Part shown: piece after piece, positions 51,101 to 64,000 of the stretch
Numbering within the stretch: the first letter of the stretch is position 1
Layout: each line of letters begins with the position of its first letter
DNA from: Antedon mediterranea
Lineage: Eukaryota; Animalia; Echinodermata
Assembly (NCBI RefSeq): GCF_964355755.1
Contig: NC_092677.1
Span: 14,096,101-14,160,100, forward strand
Length of the DNA: 64,000 nucleotides
Direction of reading: 5' to 3'
Position numbers and translations under genes: made by a program
Notes under the pieces: model-generated
The model's database searches: none
Seen by the model: only the letters and a program-made list of their open reading frames with translations
Told to the model about the DNA's origin: nothing

Positions 51101-54100
51101 TAGAAAAGGGAAGTAGCTATAAAAGAGAAAGAATTTGTAACTAATGGGTTAAAAAATATACTCTAAAAATGTATTTCTTATTTTATTTAAAAAATCATGA
51201 GTCTCCTCTCCTTAATTGCCTCAGTAACACAGCTGACTTAGGAAGAAACACACAAAAACGATCTTAGCATGTGCAAATGTATATAAAAGCACTCAGATAA
51301 TGTACAGAGGGCAGTATAAAGATATAAGCAGTGTGTTAGGCAGATCATAAGTCAGCTCTCCTTAATTGCCTAAGTCACACAGCTGACTTAGGCAGAAACA
51401 CATAAAATATAGTATATTGATATAAGCAGTGAGTTAGGCAGAAAAAAAATTATGACTTAGACACTTTTGTTATGAGGCTGTCGATATCATCTATATACAA
51501 AAAATGCTACCTTTAAGTAACAAAATTTAACAGCATCAGCTCTGCAGATTAAAATTAACACTGATGATTTTAGAAAAGGAAAGTAGCAATAAAAGAGAAA
51601 GAATTTGTAACAAATGGGTTAAAAAATATACTCTAAAAATGTATTTTTTATTTTATTTAAAAAATCATGAGTCTCCTCTCCTTAATTGCCTAAGTCACAC
51701 AGCTGACTAAGGCAGAAACACAAAAAAAACGATCTGAGCATGTGCAAATGTATATAAAAGCACTCAGATAATGTACAGAGGGCAGTATAGAGATATAAGC
51801 AGTAAGTTAGGCAGATCATAAGTCAGCTCTCCTTAATTGCCTAAGTCAAACAGCGGACTAAGGCAGAAGCACACAAAAACGATCTGAGCATGTGCAAATG
51901 TATATAAAAAGCACTCAGATAATGTAGAGAGGGCAGATAAAGATATAAGCAGTGAGTTAGGCAGATCATAAGTCAGCTCTCCTTAATTGCCTAAGTCACA
52001 CAGCTGACTTGGCCAGAACACAACAAATATAGTATATTGATATAAGCAGTGAGTTAGGCAGAAAAACAAAACAAAAATTATGACTTAGACACTTTTGTTA
52101 TGAGACTGTTGATATCATCTATATAGGCAGAAACACAAAAAACGATCTGAGCATGTGCAAATGTATATAAAAGCACTCAGATAATGTACAGAGGGCAGTA
52201 TAAAGATATAAGCAGTGAGTTAGGCAGATCATAAGTCAGCTCTTCTTAATTGCCTAAGTCACACAGCTGACTTAGGCAGAAACACAAAAAAATATATTAT
52301 ATTGATATAAGCAGTGAGTTAGGCAGGAAAAAAAATTATGACTTAGACACATTTGTTATGAGGCTGTCGATATCATCTATATACAAAAAATGCTACCTTT
52401 AAGTAACAAAATTTAATAGCATCAGCTCTTCAGATTAAAATTAACACTGATGATTTTAGAAAAGGAAAGTAGCAATAAAAGAGAAAGAATTTGTAACAAA
52501 TGGGTTAAAAAATATACTCTAAAAATGTATTTTTTTTTTTATTTAAAAAATCATGAGTCTCCTCTCCTTAATTGCCTAAGTCACACAGCTGACTTAGGCA
52601 GAAACACAAAAAAACGATCTGAGCATGTGCAAATGTATATAAAAGCACTCAGATAATGTACAGTGGGCAGTATAAAGATATAAGCAGTGAGTTAGGCAGA
52701 TCATAAGTCAGCTCTCCTTAATTGCCTAAGTCACACAGCGGACTTCGGCAGAAACACACAAAAACGATCTGAGCATGTGCAAATGCATATAAAAGCACTC
52801 AGATAATGTACAGAAGGCAGATAAAGATATAAGCAGTGAGTTAGGCAGATCATAAGTCAGCTCTCCTTAATTGCCTAAGTCACACAGCTGACTTAGGTAG
52901 AAACACAAAAAATATAGTATATTGATATAAGCAGTGAGTTAGGCAGATCATAAGTCAGCTCTCCTTATTTGCCTAAGTCACACAGCTGACTTGGGCAGAA
53001 ACACAAACAAATATAGTATATTGATATAAGCAGTGAGTTAGGCAGAAAAACAAACAAAAAATTATTACTTAGACACTTTTGTTATGAGGCTTTCGATATC
53101 ATCTATATACAAACAATTCTACCTTTAAGTAACAAAATTTAATAGCTTCAGCTCTTCAGATTAAAATTAACACTGATAATTTTAGAAAAGGAAAGTATCA
53201 ATAAAAGAGAAAGAATTTGTAACAAATGGGTTAAAAAATATACTATAAAAATGTATTTCTTATTTTATTTAAAAAACCATGAGTCTCCTCTCCTTAATTG
53301 CCTAAGTCACACAGCTGACTTAGGCAGAAACACAAAAAAACGATCTGAGCATCATCATAAGTCAGCTCTCCTTTATTGCCTAAGTCACACAGCTGACTTA
53401 GGCAGAAACACAAAAAATATAGTATATTGATATAAGAAGTGAGTTAAGCAGAAAAACAAAATTATGACTTAAACACTTTTGTTATGAGGCTGTCGATATC
53501 ATCTATATACAAAAAACGCTACCTTTAAGTAACAAAATTTAATAACATATTCAGCTCTTCAGATTAAAATTAACACTGATGATTTTAGAAAAGGGAAGTC
53601 GCAATAAAAGAGAAAGAATTTGTAACTAATGGGTTAAAAAATATACTATAAAAATGTATTTCTTATTTTATTTAAAAAATCATGAGTCTCCTCTCCTTAA
53701 TTGCCTAAGTCACACAGCTGACTTAGGCAGAAACACAAAAAAATTATGTGATCATGTGCAAATGTATATAAAAGCACTCAGATAATGTACAGAGGGCAGT
53801 ATAAAGATATAAGCAGTGAGTTAGGCAGATCATAAGTCAGCTCTCCTTAATTGCCTAAGTCACACAGCTGACTTAGGCAGAAACACAAACAAATATAGTA
53901 TATTGATATAAGCAGTGAGTTAGGCAGAAAAACAAACAAAAAATTATTACTTAGACACTTTTGTTATGAGGCTGTCGATATCATCTATATAAAAAAAATT
54001 CTACCTTTAAGTAACAAAATTTAATAGCATCAGCTCTTCAGATTAAAATTAACACTGATGATTTTAGAAAAGGAAAGTAGCAATAAAAGAGAAAGAATTT

Positions 54101-57100
54101 GTAACTAATGGGATAAAAAATATACTATAAAAATGTATTTCTTATTTTATTTAAAAAATCATGAGTCTCCTCTCCTTAATTGCCTATATCACACAGCTGA
54201 CTTAGGCAGAAACACAAAAACTTTTGTGATCATGTGCAAATGTATATAAAAGCACTCAGATAATGTACAGAGGGCAGATAAAGATATAAGCAGTGAGTTA
54301 GGCAGATCATAAGTCAGCTCTCCTTAATTGCCTAAGTCACACAGCTGACTTGGGCAGAACACAACAAATATAGTATATTGATATAAGCAGTGAGTTAGGC
54401 AGAAAAACAAAAACAAAAATTATGACTTAGACACTTTTGTTATGAGGCTGTCGATATCATCTATATACAAAAAATGCTACCTTTAAGTAACATAATTTAA
54501 TAGCATATTCAGCTCTTCAGATTAAAATTAACACTGATAATTTTAGAAAAGGAAATTAGCAATAAAAGAGAAAGAATTTGTAACTAATGGGATAAAAAAT
54601 ATACTATAAAAATGTATTTCTTATTTTATTAAAAAAATCATGAGTCTCCTCTCCTTAATTGCCTAAGTCTCACAGCTGACTTAGGCAGAAACAAGAAAAA
54701 TTATGTGATCATGTGCAAATGTATATAAAAGCACTCAGATAATGTACAAAGGGCAGTATAAAGATATAAGCAGTGAGTTAGGCAGATCATAAGTCAGCTC
54801 TCCTTAATTGCCTAAGTCACACAGCTGACTTAGGCAGAAACACAAACAAATATAGTATATTGATATAAGCAGTGAGTTAGGCAGAAAAACAAACAAAAAA
54901 TTATTACTTAGACACTTTTGTTATGAGGCTGTCGATATCATCTATATACAAAAAATTCTACCTTTAAGTAACAAAATTTAATAGCATCAGCTCTTCAGAT
55001 TAAAATTAACACTGATAATTTTAGAAAAGGAAAGTATCAATAAAAGAGAAAGAATTTTTAACAAATGGGTTAAAAAATATAGTATAAAAATGTATTTCTT
55101 ATTTTATTTAAAAAATCATGAGTCTCCTCTCCTTAATTGCCTAAGTCACACAGCTGACTTAGGCAGAAACACACAAAAACGATCTGAGCATCATCATAAG
55201 TCAGCTCTCCTTTATTGCCTAAGTCACACAGCTGACTTAGGCAGAAACACCAAAAAATATAGTATATTGATATAAGAAGTGAGTTAAGCAGAAAAACAAA
55301 ATTATGACTTAAACACTTTTGTTATGAGGCTGTCGATATCATCTATATACAAAAAATGCTACCTTTAAGTAACAAAATTTAATAACATATTCAGCTCCTC
55401 AGATTAAAATTAACACTGATGATTTTAGAAAAGGGAAGTCGCAATAAAAGAGAAAGAATTTGAAACTAATGGGTTAAACAATATACTCTAAAAATGTATT
55501 TCTTATTTTATTTAAAAAATCATGAGTCTCCTCTCCTTAATTGCCTCAGTCACACAGCTGACTTAGGCAGAAACACACAAAAACGATCTTAGCATGTGCC
55601 AATGTATATAAAGGCACTCAGATAATGTACAGAGGGCAGTATAAAGATATAAGCAGTGTGTTAGGCAGATCATAAGTCAGCTCTCCTTAATTGCCTAAGT
55701 CACACAGCTGACTTAGGCAGAAACACAAAAAATATAGTATATTGATATAAGCAGTGAGTTAGGCAGAAAAAAAATTATGACTTAGACACTTTTGTTATGA
55801 GGCTGTCGATATCATCTATATACAAAAAATTCTACCTTTAAGTAACAAAATTTAATAGCATCAGCTCTTCAGATTAAAATTAACACTGATAATTTTAGAA
55901 AAGGAAAGTATCAATAAAAGAGAAAGAATTTTTAACAAATGGGTTAAAAAATATAGTATAAAAATGTATTTCTTATTTTATTTAAAAAATCATGAGTCTC
56001 CTCTCCTTAATTGCCTAAGTCACACAGCTGACTTAGGCAGAAACACACAAAAACGATCTGAGCATCATCATAAGTCAGCTCTTCTTTATTGCCTAAGTCA
56101 CACAGCTGACTTAGGCAGAAACACAAAAAATATAGTATATTGATATAAGAAGTGAGTTAAGAAGAAAAACAAAATTATGACTTAAACACTTTGGTTATGA
56201 GGCTGTCGATATCATCTATATACAAAAAATGCTACCTTTAAGTAACAAAATTTAATAACATATTCAGCTCTTCAGATTAAAATTAACACTGATGATTTTA
56301 GAAAAGGGAAGTCGCAATAAAAGAGAAAGAATTTGTAACTAATGGGTTAAAAAATATACTCTAAAAATGTATTTCTTATTTTATTTAAAAAATCATGAGT
56401 CTCCTCTCCTTAATTGCCTCAGTCACACAGCTGACTTAGGCAGAAACACACAAAAACGATCTTAGCATGTGCCAATGTATATAAAAGCACTCAGATAATG
56501 TACAGAGGGCAGTATAAAGATATAAGCAGTGTGTTAGGCAGATCATAAGTCAGCTCTCCTTAATTGCCTAAGTCACACAGCTGACTTAGGCAGAAACACA
56601 AAAAATATAGTATATTGATATAAGCAGTGAGTTAGGCAGAAAAAAAATTATGACTTAGACACTTTTGTTATGAGGCTGTCGATATCATCTATATACAAAA
56701 AATGCTACCTTTAAGTAACAAAATTTAATAGCATCAGCTCTGCAGATTAAAATTAACACTGATGATTTTAGAAAAGGAAAGTAGCAATAAAAGAGAAAGA
56801 ATTTGTAACAAATGGGTTAAAAAATATACTCTAAAAATGTATTTTTTATTTTATTTAAAAAATCATGAGTCTCCTCTCCTTAATTGCCTAAGTCACACAG
56901 CTGACTAAGGCAGAAACACAAAAAAACGATCTGAGCATGTGCAAATGTATATAAAAGCACTCAGATAATGTAGAGAGGGCAGATAAAGATATAAGCAGTG
57001 AGTTAGGCAGATCATAAGTCAGCTCTCCTTAATTGCCTAAGTCACACAGCTGACTTGGGCAGAACACAACAAATATAGTATATTGATATAAGCAGTGAGT

Positions 57101-60100
57101 TAGGCAGAAAAACAAAACAAAAATTATGACTTAGACACTTTTGTTATGAGACTGTTGATATCATCTATATACAAAAAAATGCTACCTTTAAGTAACATAA
57201 TTTAATAGCATCAGCTCTTCAGATTAAAATTAACACTGATGATTTTAGAAAAGGAAATTAGCAATAAAAGAGAAAGAATTTGTAACAAATGGGTTAAAAA
57301 ATATACTACAAAAATGTATTTCTTATTTTATTTAAAAAATCATGAGTCTCCTCTCCTTAATTGCCTAAGTCACACAGCTGACTTAGGCAGAAACACACAA
57401 AAACGATCTGAGCATCATCATAAGTCAGCTCTCCTTTATTGCCTAAGTCACACAGCTGACTTAGGCAGAAACACAAAAAAATATATTATATTGATATAAG
57501 CAGTGAGTTAGGCAGGAAAAAAAATTATGACTTAGACACTTTTGTTATGAGGCTGTCGATATCATCTATATACAAAAAATGCTACCTTTAAGTAACAAAA
57601 TTTAATAGCATCAGCTCTGCAGATTAAAATTAACACTGATGATTTTAGAAAAGGAAAGTAGCAATAAAAGAGAAAGAATTTGTAACAAATGGGTTAAAAA
57701 ATATACTCTAAAAATGTATTTTTTATTTTATTTAAAAAATCATGAGTCTCCTCTCCTTAATTGCCTAAGTCACACAGCTGACTAAGGCAGAAACACAAAA
57801 AAACGATCTGAGCATGTGCAAATGTATATAAAAGCACTCAGATAATGTAGAGAGGGCCGATAAAGATATAAGCAGTGAGTTAGGCAGATCATAAGTCAGC
57901 TCTCCTTAATTGCCTAAGTCACACAGCTGACTTGGGCAGAACACAACAAATATAGTATATTGATATAAGCAGTGAGTTAGGCAGAAAAACAAAACAAAAA
58001 TTATGACTTAGACACTTTTGTTATGAGACTGTTGATATCATCTATATACAAAAAAAATGCTACCTTTAAGTAACATAATTTAATAGCATCAGCTCTTCAG
58101 ATTAAAATTAACACTGATGATTTTAGAAAAGGAAATTAGCAATAAAAGAGAAAGAATTTGTAACAAATGGGTTAAAAAATATACTACAAAAATGTATTTC
58201 TTATTTTATTTAAAAAATCATGAGTCTCCTCTCCTTAATTGCCTAAGTCACACAGCTGACTTAGGCAGAAACACACAAAAACGATCTGAGCATCATCATA
58301 AGTCAGCTCTCCTTTATTGCCTAAGTCACACAGCTGACTTAGGCAGAAACACAAAAAAATATATTATATTGATATAAGCAGTGAGTTAGGCAGGAAAAAA
58401 AATTATGACTTAGACACTTTTGTTATGAGGCTGTCGATATCATCTATATACAAAAAATGCTACCTTTAAGTAACAAAATTTAATAGCATCAGCTCTTCAG
58501 ATCTAAATTAACACTGATGATTTTAGAAAAGGAAAGTAGCAATAAAAGAGAAAGAATTTGTAACAAATGGGTTAAAAAATATACTCTAAAAATGTATTTT
58601 TTATTTTATTTAAAAAATCATGAGTCTCCTCTCCTTAATTGCCTAAGTCACACAGCTGACTTAGGCAGAAACACAAAAAAACGATCTGAGCATGTGCAAA
58701 TGTATATAAAAGCACTCAGATAATGTACAGAGGGCAGTATAAAGATATAAGCAGTGAGTTAGGCAGATCATAAGTCAGCTCTCCTTAATTGCCTAAGTCA
58801 CACAGCGGACTTCGGCAAAAACACACAAAAACGATCTCAGCATGTGCAAATGCATATAAAAGCACTCAGATAATGTACAGAAGGCAGATAAAGATATAAG
58901 CAGTGAGTTAGGCAGATCATAAGTCAGCTCTCCTTAATTGCCTAAGTCACACAGCTGACTTAGGTAGAAACACAAAAAATATAGTATATTGATATAAGCA
59001 GTGAGTTAGCCAGATCATAAGTCAGCTCTCCTTAATTGCCTAAGTCACACAGCTGCCTTGGGCAGAAACACAAACAAATATAGTATATTGATATAAGCAG
59101 TGAGTTAGGCAGAAAAACAAACAAAAAATTATTACTTAGACACTTTTGTTATGAGGCTTTCGATATCATCTATATACAAACAATTCTACCTTTAAGTAAC
59201 AAAATTTAATAGCATCAGCTCTTCAGATTAAAATTAACACTGATAATTTTAGAAAAGTAAAGTATCAATAAAAGAGAAAGAATTTGTAACAAATGGGTTA
59301 AAAAATATACTATAAAAATGTATTTCTTATTTTATTTAAAAAACCATGAGTCTCCTCTCCTTAATTGCCTAAGTCACACAGCTGACTTAGGCAGAAACAC
59401 AAAAAAACGATCTGAGCATGTGCAAATGTATATAAAAGCACTCAGATAATGTACAGAGGGCAGTATAAAGATATAAGCAGTGAGTTAGGCAGATCATAAG
59501 TCAGCTCTCCTTAATTGCCTAACTCACACAGCTGACTTAGGCAGAAACACACAAAAACGATCTGAGCATGTGCAAATGCATATAAAAGCACTCAGATAAT
59601 GTACAGAGGGCAGATAAAGATATAAGCAGTGAGTTAGGCAGATCATAAGTCAGCTCTCCTTAATTGCCTAAGTCACACAGCACACTTAGGTAGTAACACA
59701 AACAATATAGTATATTGATATAAGCAGTGAGTTAGGCAGATCATAAGTTAGCTCTCCTTAATTGCCTAAGTCACACAGCTGACTTAGGCAGAAACACAAA
59801 CAATATAGTATATTGGTATAAGCAGTGAGTTAGGTAGATCATAAGTCAGCTCTTCTTAATTGCCTAAGTCACACAGCTGACTTAGGCAGAAACACAAAAA
59901 ATTATGTGATCATGTGCAAATGTATATAAAAGCACTCAGAAAATGTACAGAGGGCAGTATAAAGATATAAGCAGTGAGTTAGGCAGATCATAAGTCAGCT
60001 CTCCTTAATTGCCTAAGTCACACAGCTGACTTAGGCAGAAACACAAACAAATATAGTATATTGATATAAGCAGTGAGTTAGGCAGAAAAACAAACAAAAA

Positions 60101-63100
60101 ATTATTACTTAGACACTTTTGTTATGAGGCTGTCGATATCATCTATATAAAAAAAATTCTACCTTTAAGTAACAAAATTTAATAGCATCAGCTCTTCAGA
60201 TTAAAATTAACACTGATGATTTAGAAAAGGAAAGTAGCAATAAAAGAGAAAGAATTTGTAACTAATGGGATAAAAAATATACTATAAAAATGTATTTCTT
60301 ATTTTATTTAAAAAATCATGAGTCTCCTCTCCTTAATTGCCTAAGTCACACAGCTGACTTAGGCAGAAACACACAAAATTATGTGATCATGTGCAAATGT
60401 ATATAAAAGCACTCAGATAATGTACAGAGGGCAGATAAAGATATAAGCAGTGAGTTAGGCAGATCATAAGTCAGCTCTCCTTAATTGCCTAAGTCACACA
60501 GCTGACTTGGGCAGAACACAACAAATATAGTATATTGATATAAGCAGTGAGTTAGGCAGAAAAACAAAAACAAAAATTATGACTTAGACACTTTTGTTAT
60601 GAGGCTGTCGATATCATCTATATACAAAAAATGCTACCTTTAAGTAACATAATTTAATAGCATATTCAGCTCTTCAGATTAAAATTAACACTGATGATTT
60701 TAGAAAAGGAAAGTAGCAATAAAAGAGAAAGAATTTGTAACTAATGGGATAAAAAATATACTATAAAAATGTATTTCTTATTTTATTTAAAAAATCATGA
60801 GTCTCCTCTCCTTAATTGCCTAAGTCACACAGCTGACTTAGGCAGAAACACAAAAAATTATGTGATCATGTGCAAATGTATATAAAAGCACTCAGATAAT
60901 GTACAGAGGGCAGTATAAAGATATAAGCAGTGAGTTAGGCAGATCATAAGTCAGCTCTCCTTAATTGCCTAAGTCACACAGCTGACTTAGGCAGAAACAC
61001 AAACAAATATAGTATATTGATATAAGCAGTGAGTTAGGCAGAAAAACAAACAAAAAATTATTACTTAGACACTTTTGTTATGAGGCTGTCGATATCATCT
61101 ATATACAAAAAATTCTACCTTTAAGTAACAAAATTTAATAGCATCAGCTCTTCAGATTAAAATTAACACTGATGATTTTAGAAAAAGAAAGTATCAATAA
61201 AAGAGAAAGAATTTTTAACAAATGGGTTAAAAAATATAGTATAAAAATGTATTTCTTATTTTATTTAAAAAATCATGAGTCTCCTCTCTTTAATTGCCTA
61301 AGTCACACAGCTGACTTAGGCAGAAACACACAAAAACGATCTGAGCATCATCATAAGTCAGCTCTCCTTTATTGCCTAAGTCACACAGCTGACTTAGGCA
61401 GAAACACAAAAAATATAGTATATTGATATAAGAAGTGAGTTAAGCAGAAAAACAAAATTATGACTTAAACACTTTTGTTATGAGGCTGTCGATATCATCT
61501 ATATACAAAAAATGCTACCTTTAAGTAACAAAATTTAATAACATATTCAGCTCTTCAGATTAAAATTAACACTGATGATTTTAGAAAAGGGAAGTCGCAA
61601 TAAAAGAGAAAGAATTTGTAACTAATGGGTTAAAAAATATACTCTAAAAATGTATTTCTTATTTTATTTAAAAAATCATGAGTCTCCTCTCCTTAATTGC
61701 CTCAGTCACACAGCTGACTTAGGCAGAAACACACAAAAACGATCTTAGCATGTGCCAATGTATATAAAAGCACTCAGATAATGTACAGAGGGCAGTATAA
61801 AGATATAAGCAGTGTGTTAGGCAGATCATAAGTCAGCTCTCCTTAATTGCCTAAGTCACACAGCTGACTTAGGCAGAAACACAAAAAATATAGTATATTG
61901 ATATAAGCAGTGAGTTAGGCAGAAAAAAAATTATGACTTAGACACTTTTGTTATGAGGCTGTCGATATCATCTATATACAAAAAATGCTACCTTTAAGTA
62001 ACAAAATTTAATAGCATCAGCTCTGCAGATTAAAATTAACACTGATGATTTTAGAAAAGGAAAGTAGCAATAAAAGAGAAAGAATTTGTAACAAATGGGT
62101 TAAAAAATATACTCTAAAAATGTATTTTTTATTTTATTTAAAAAATCATGAGTCTCCTCTCCTTAATTGCCTAAGTCACACAGCTGACTAAGGCAGAAAC
62201 ACAAAAAAACGATCTGAGCATGTGCAAATGTATATAAAAGCACTCAGATAATGTACAGAGGGCAGTTTTAAGATATAAGCAGTGAGTTAGGCAGATCATA
62301 AGTCAGCTCTCCTTAATTGCCTAAGTCAAACAGCGGACTTAGGCAGAAGCACACAAAAACGATCTGAGCATGTGCAAATGTATATAAAAAGCACTCAGAT
62401 AATGTACAGAGGGCAGATAAAGATATAAGCAGTGAGTTAGGCAGATCATAAGTCAGCTCTCCTTAATTGCCTAAGTCACACAGCTGACTTGGGCAGAACA
62501 CAACAAATATAGTATATTGATATAAACAGTGAGTTAGGCAGAAAAACAAAAACAAAAATTATGACTTAGACACTTTTGTTTTGAGGCTGTCGATATCATC
62601 TATATACAAAAAATGCTACCTTTAAGTAACATAATTTAATAGCATATTCAGCTCTTCAGATTAAAATTAACACTGATGATTTTAGAAAAGGAAAGTAGCA
62701 ATAAAAGAGAAAGAATTTGTAACTAATGGGTTAAAAAATATACTATAAAAATGTATTTCTTATTTTATTTAAAAAATCATGAGTCTCCTCTCCTTAATTG
62801 CCTAAGTCACACAGCTGACTTAGGCAGAAACACAAAAAATTATGTGATCATGTGCAAATGTATATAAAAGCACTCAGATAATGTACAGAGGGCAGTATAA
62901 AAATATAAGCAGTGAGTTAGGCAGATCATAAGTCAGCTCTCCTTATTTGCCTAAGTCACACAGCTGACTTAGGCAGAAACACAAACAAATATAGTATTTT
63001 GATATAAGCAGTGAGTTAGGCAGAAAAACAAACAAAAAATTATTACTTAGACACTTTTGTTATGAGGCTGTCGATATCATCTATATACAAACAATTCTAC

Positions 63101-64000
63101 CTTTAAGTAACAAAATTTAATAGCATCAGCTCTTCAGATTAAAGTTAACACTGATAATTTTAGAAAAGGAAAGTATCAATAAAAGAGAAAGAATTTTTAA
63201 CAAATGGGTTAAAAAATATAGTATAAAAATGTATTTCTTATTTTATTTAAAAAATCATGAGTCTCCTCTCCTTAATTGCCTAAGTTACACAGCTGACTTA
63301 GGCGGAAACACACAAAAACGATCCGAGCATGTGCAAATGTATATAAAAACACTCAGATAATGTACAAAGGGCAGTATAAAGATATAAGCAGTGAGTTAAG
63401 CAGATCATAAGTCAGCTCTCCTTAATTGCCTAAGTCACACAGCTGACTTAGGCAGAAACACAAAAAATATAGTATATTGATATAAGCAGTGAGTTAGGCA
63501 GAAAAACAAAAACAAAAATTATGACTTAGACACTTTTGTTATGAGGCTGTCGATATCATCTATATACAAAAAATGCTACCTTTAAGTAACATAATTTAAT
63601 AGCATATTCAGCTCTTCAGATTAAAATTAACACTGATGATTTTAGAAAAGGAAAGTAGCAATAAAAGAGAAAGAATTTGTAACAAATGGGTTAAAAAATA
63701 TACTCTAAAAATGTATTTTTTTTTTTATTTAAAAAATCATGAGTCTCCTCTCCTTAATTGCCTAAGTCACACAGCTGACTTAGGCAGAAACACAAAAACC
63801 CGATCTGAGCATGTGCAAATGTATATAAAAGCACTCAGATAATGTACAGTGGGCAGTATAAAGATATAAGCAGTGAGTTAGGCAGATCATAAGTCAGCTC
63901 TCCTTAATTGCCTAAGTCACACAGCGGACTTCGGCAGAAACACACAAAAACGATCTGAGCATGTGCAAATGCATATAAAAGCACTCAGATAATGTACAGA
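48170..64000. repeat. Complex modular satellite array (150-bp, ~90-bp and ~330-bp modules) with higher-order structure; continues past the window end
   Basis: tcacacagc-type motif at 49321/49471/49621/49771 (period 150); core hairpin gcctaagtca-cacagc-tgacttaggc in every module; recurring near-identical pseudo-ORFs. Confidence 0.97.

Noticed and set aside
49970-63842. Recurrent MILEKESSNKRERIC... ORFs
   Set aside because: They are translations of the satellite unit; many copies carry stops or frameshifts, with no domain signature or splice structure.
48170-64000. CRISPR-like appearance (palindromic repeat with intervening sequences)
   Set aside because: The intervening sequences are themselves repeated rather than unique spacers; eukaryotic context with no cas genes.

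Overview
AT-rich animal genomic DNA with spliceosomal introns; probably a marine invertebrate and possibly an echinoderm (inference only). Most ORFs in the supplied track are spurious. Three + strand host loci are readable. (1) The 3' half of an NDRG-family gene (exons 136-9275), whose last intron holds a candidate 6-nt microexon and a templated copy of one of its own exons. (2) A complete Neto (CUB-CUB-LDLa-TM) gene with two alternative phase-1 first coding exons (14349 and 25284) and body exons at 38558-41705. (3) An NRF-6/OACYL-like exon at 47558-47718. Between Neto and that exon lies a defective Transib (RAG1-related) transposon at 43612-46686. It has a 5-bp TSD and 39-bp TIRs that read as a perfect RSS heptamer, a 23-bp spacer and a nonamer-like motif, and a Kolobok element is nested inside it. 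The window also carries many MITEs, SINE-like and LINE fragments, and a strongly over-represented TAGGCCTA motif that behaves like a transposon excision footprint. From 48170 to the end is a modular, higher-order satellite array abutting a DINE-1/Helentron-like element.
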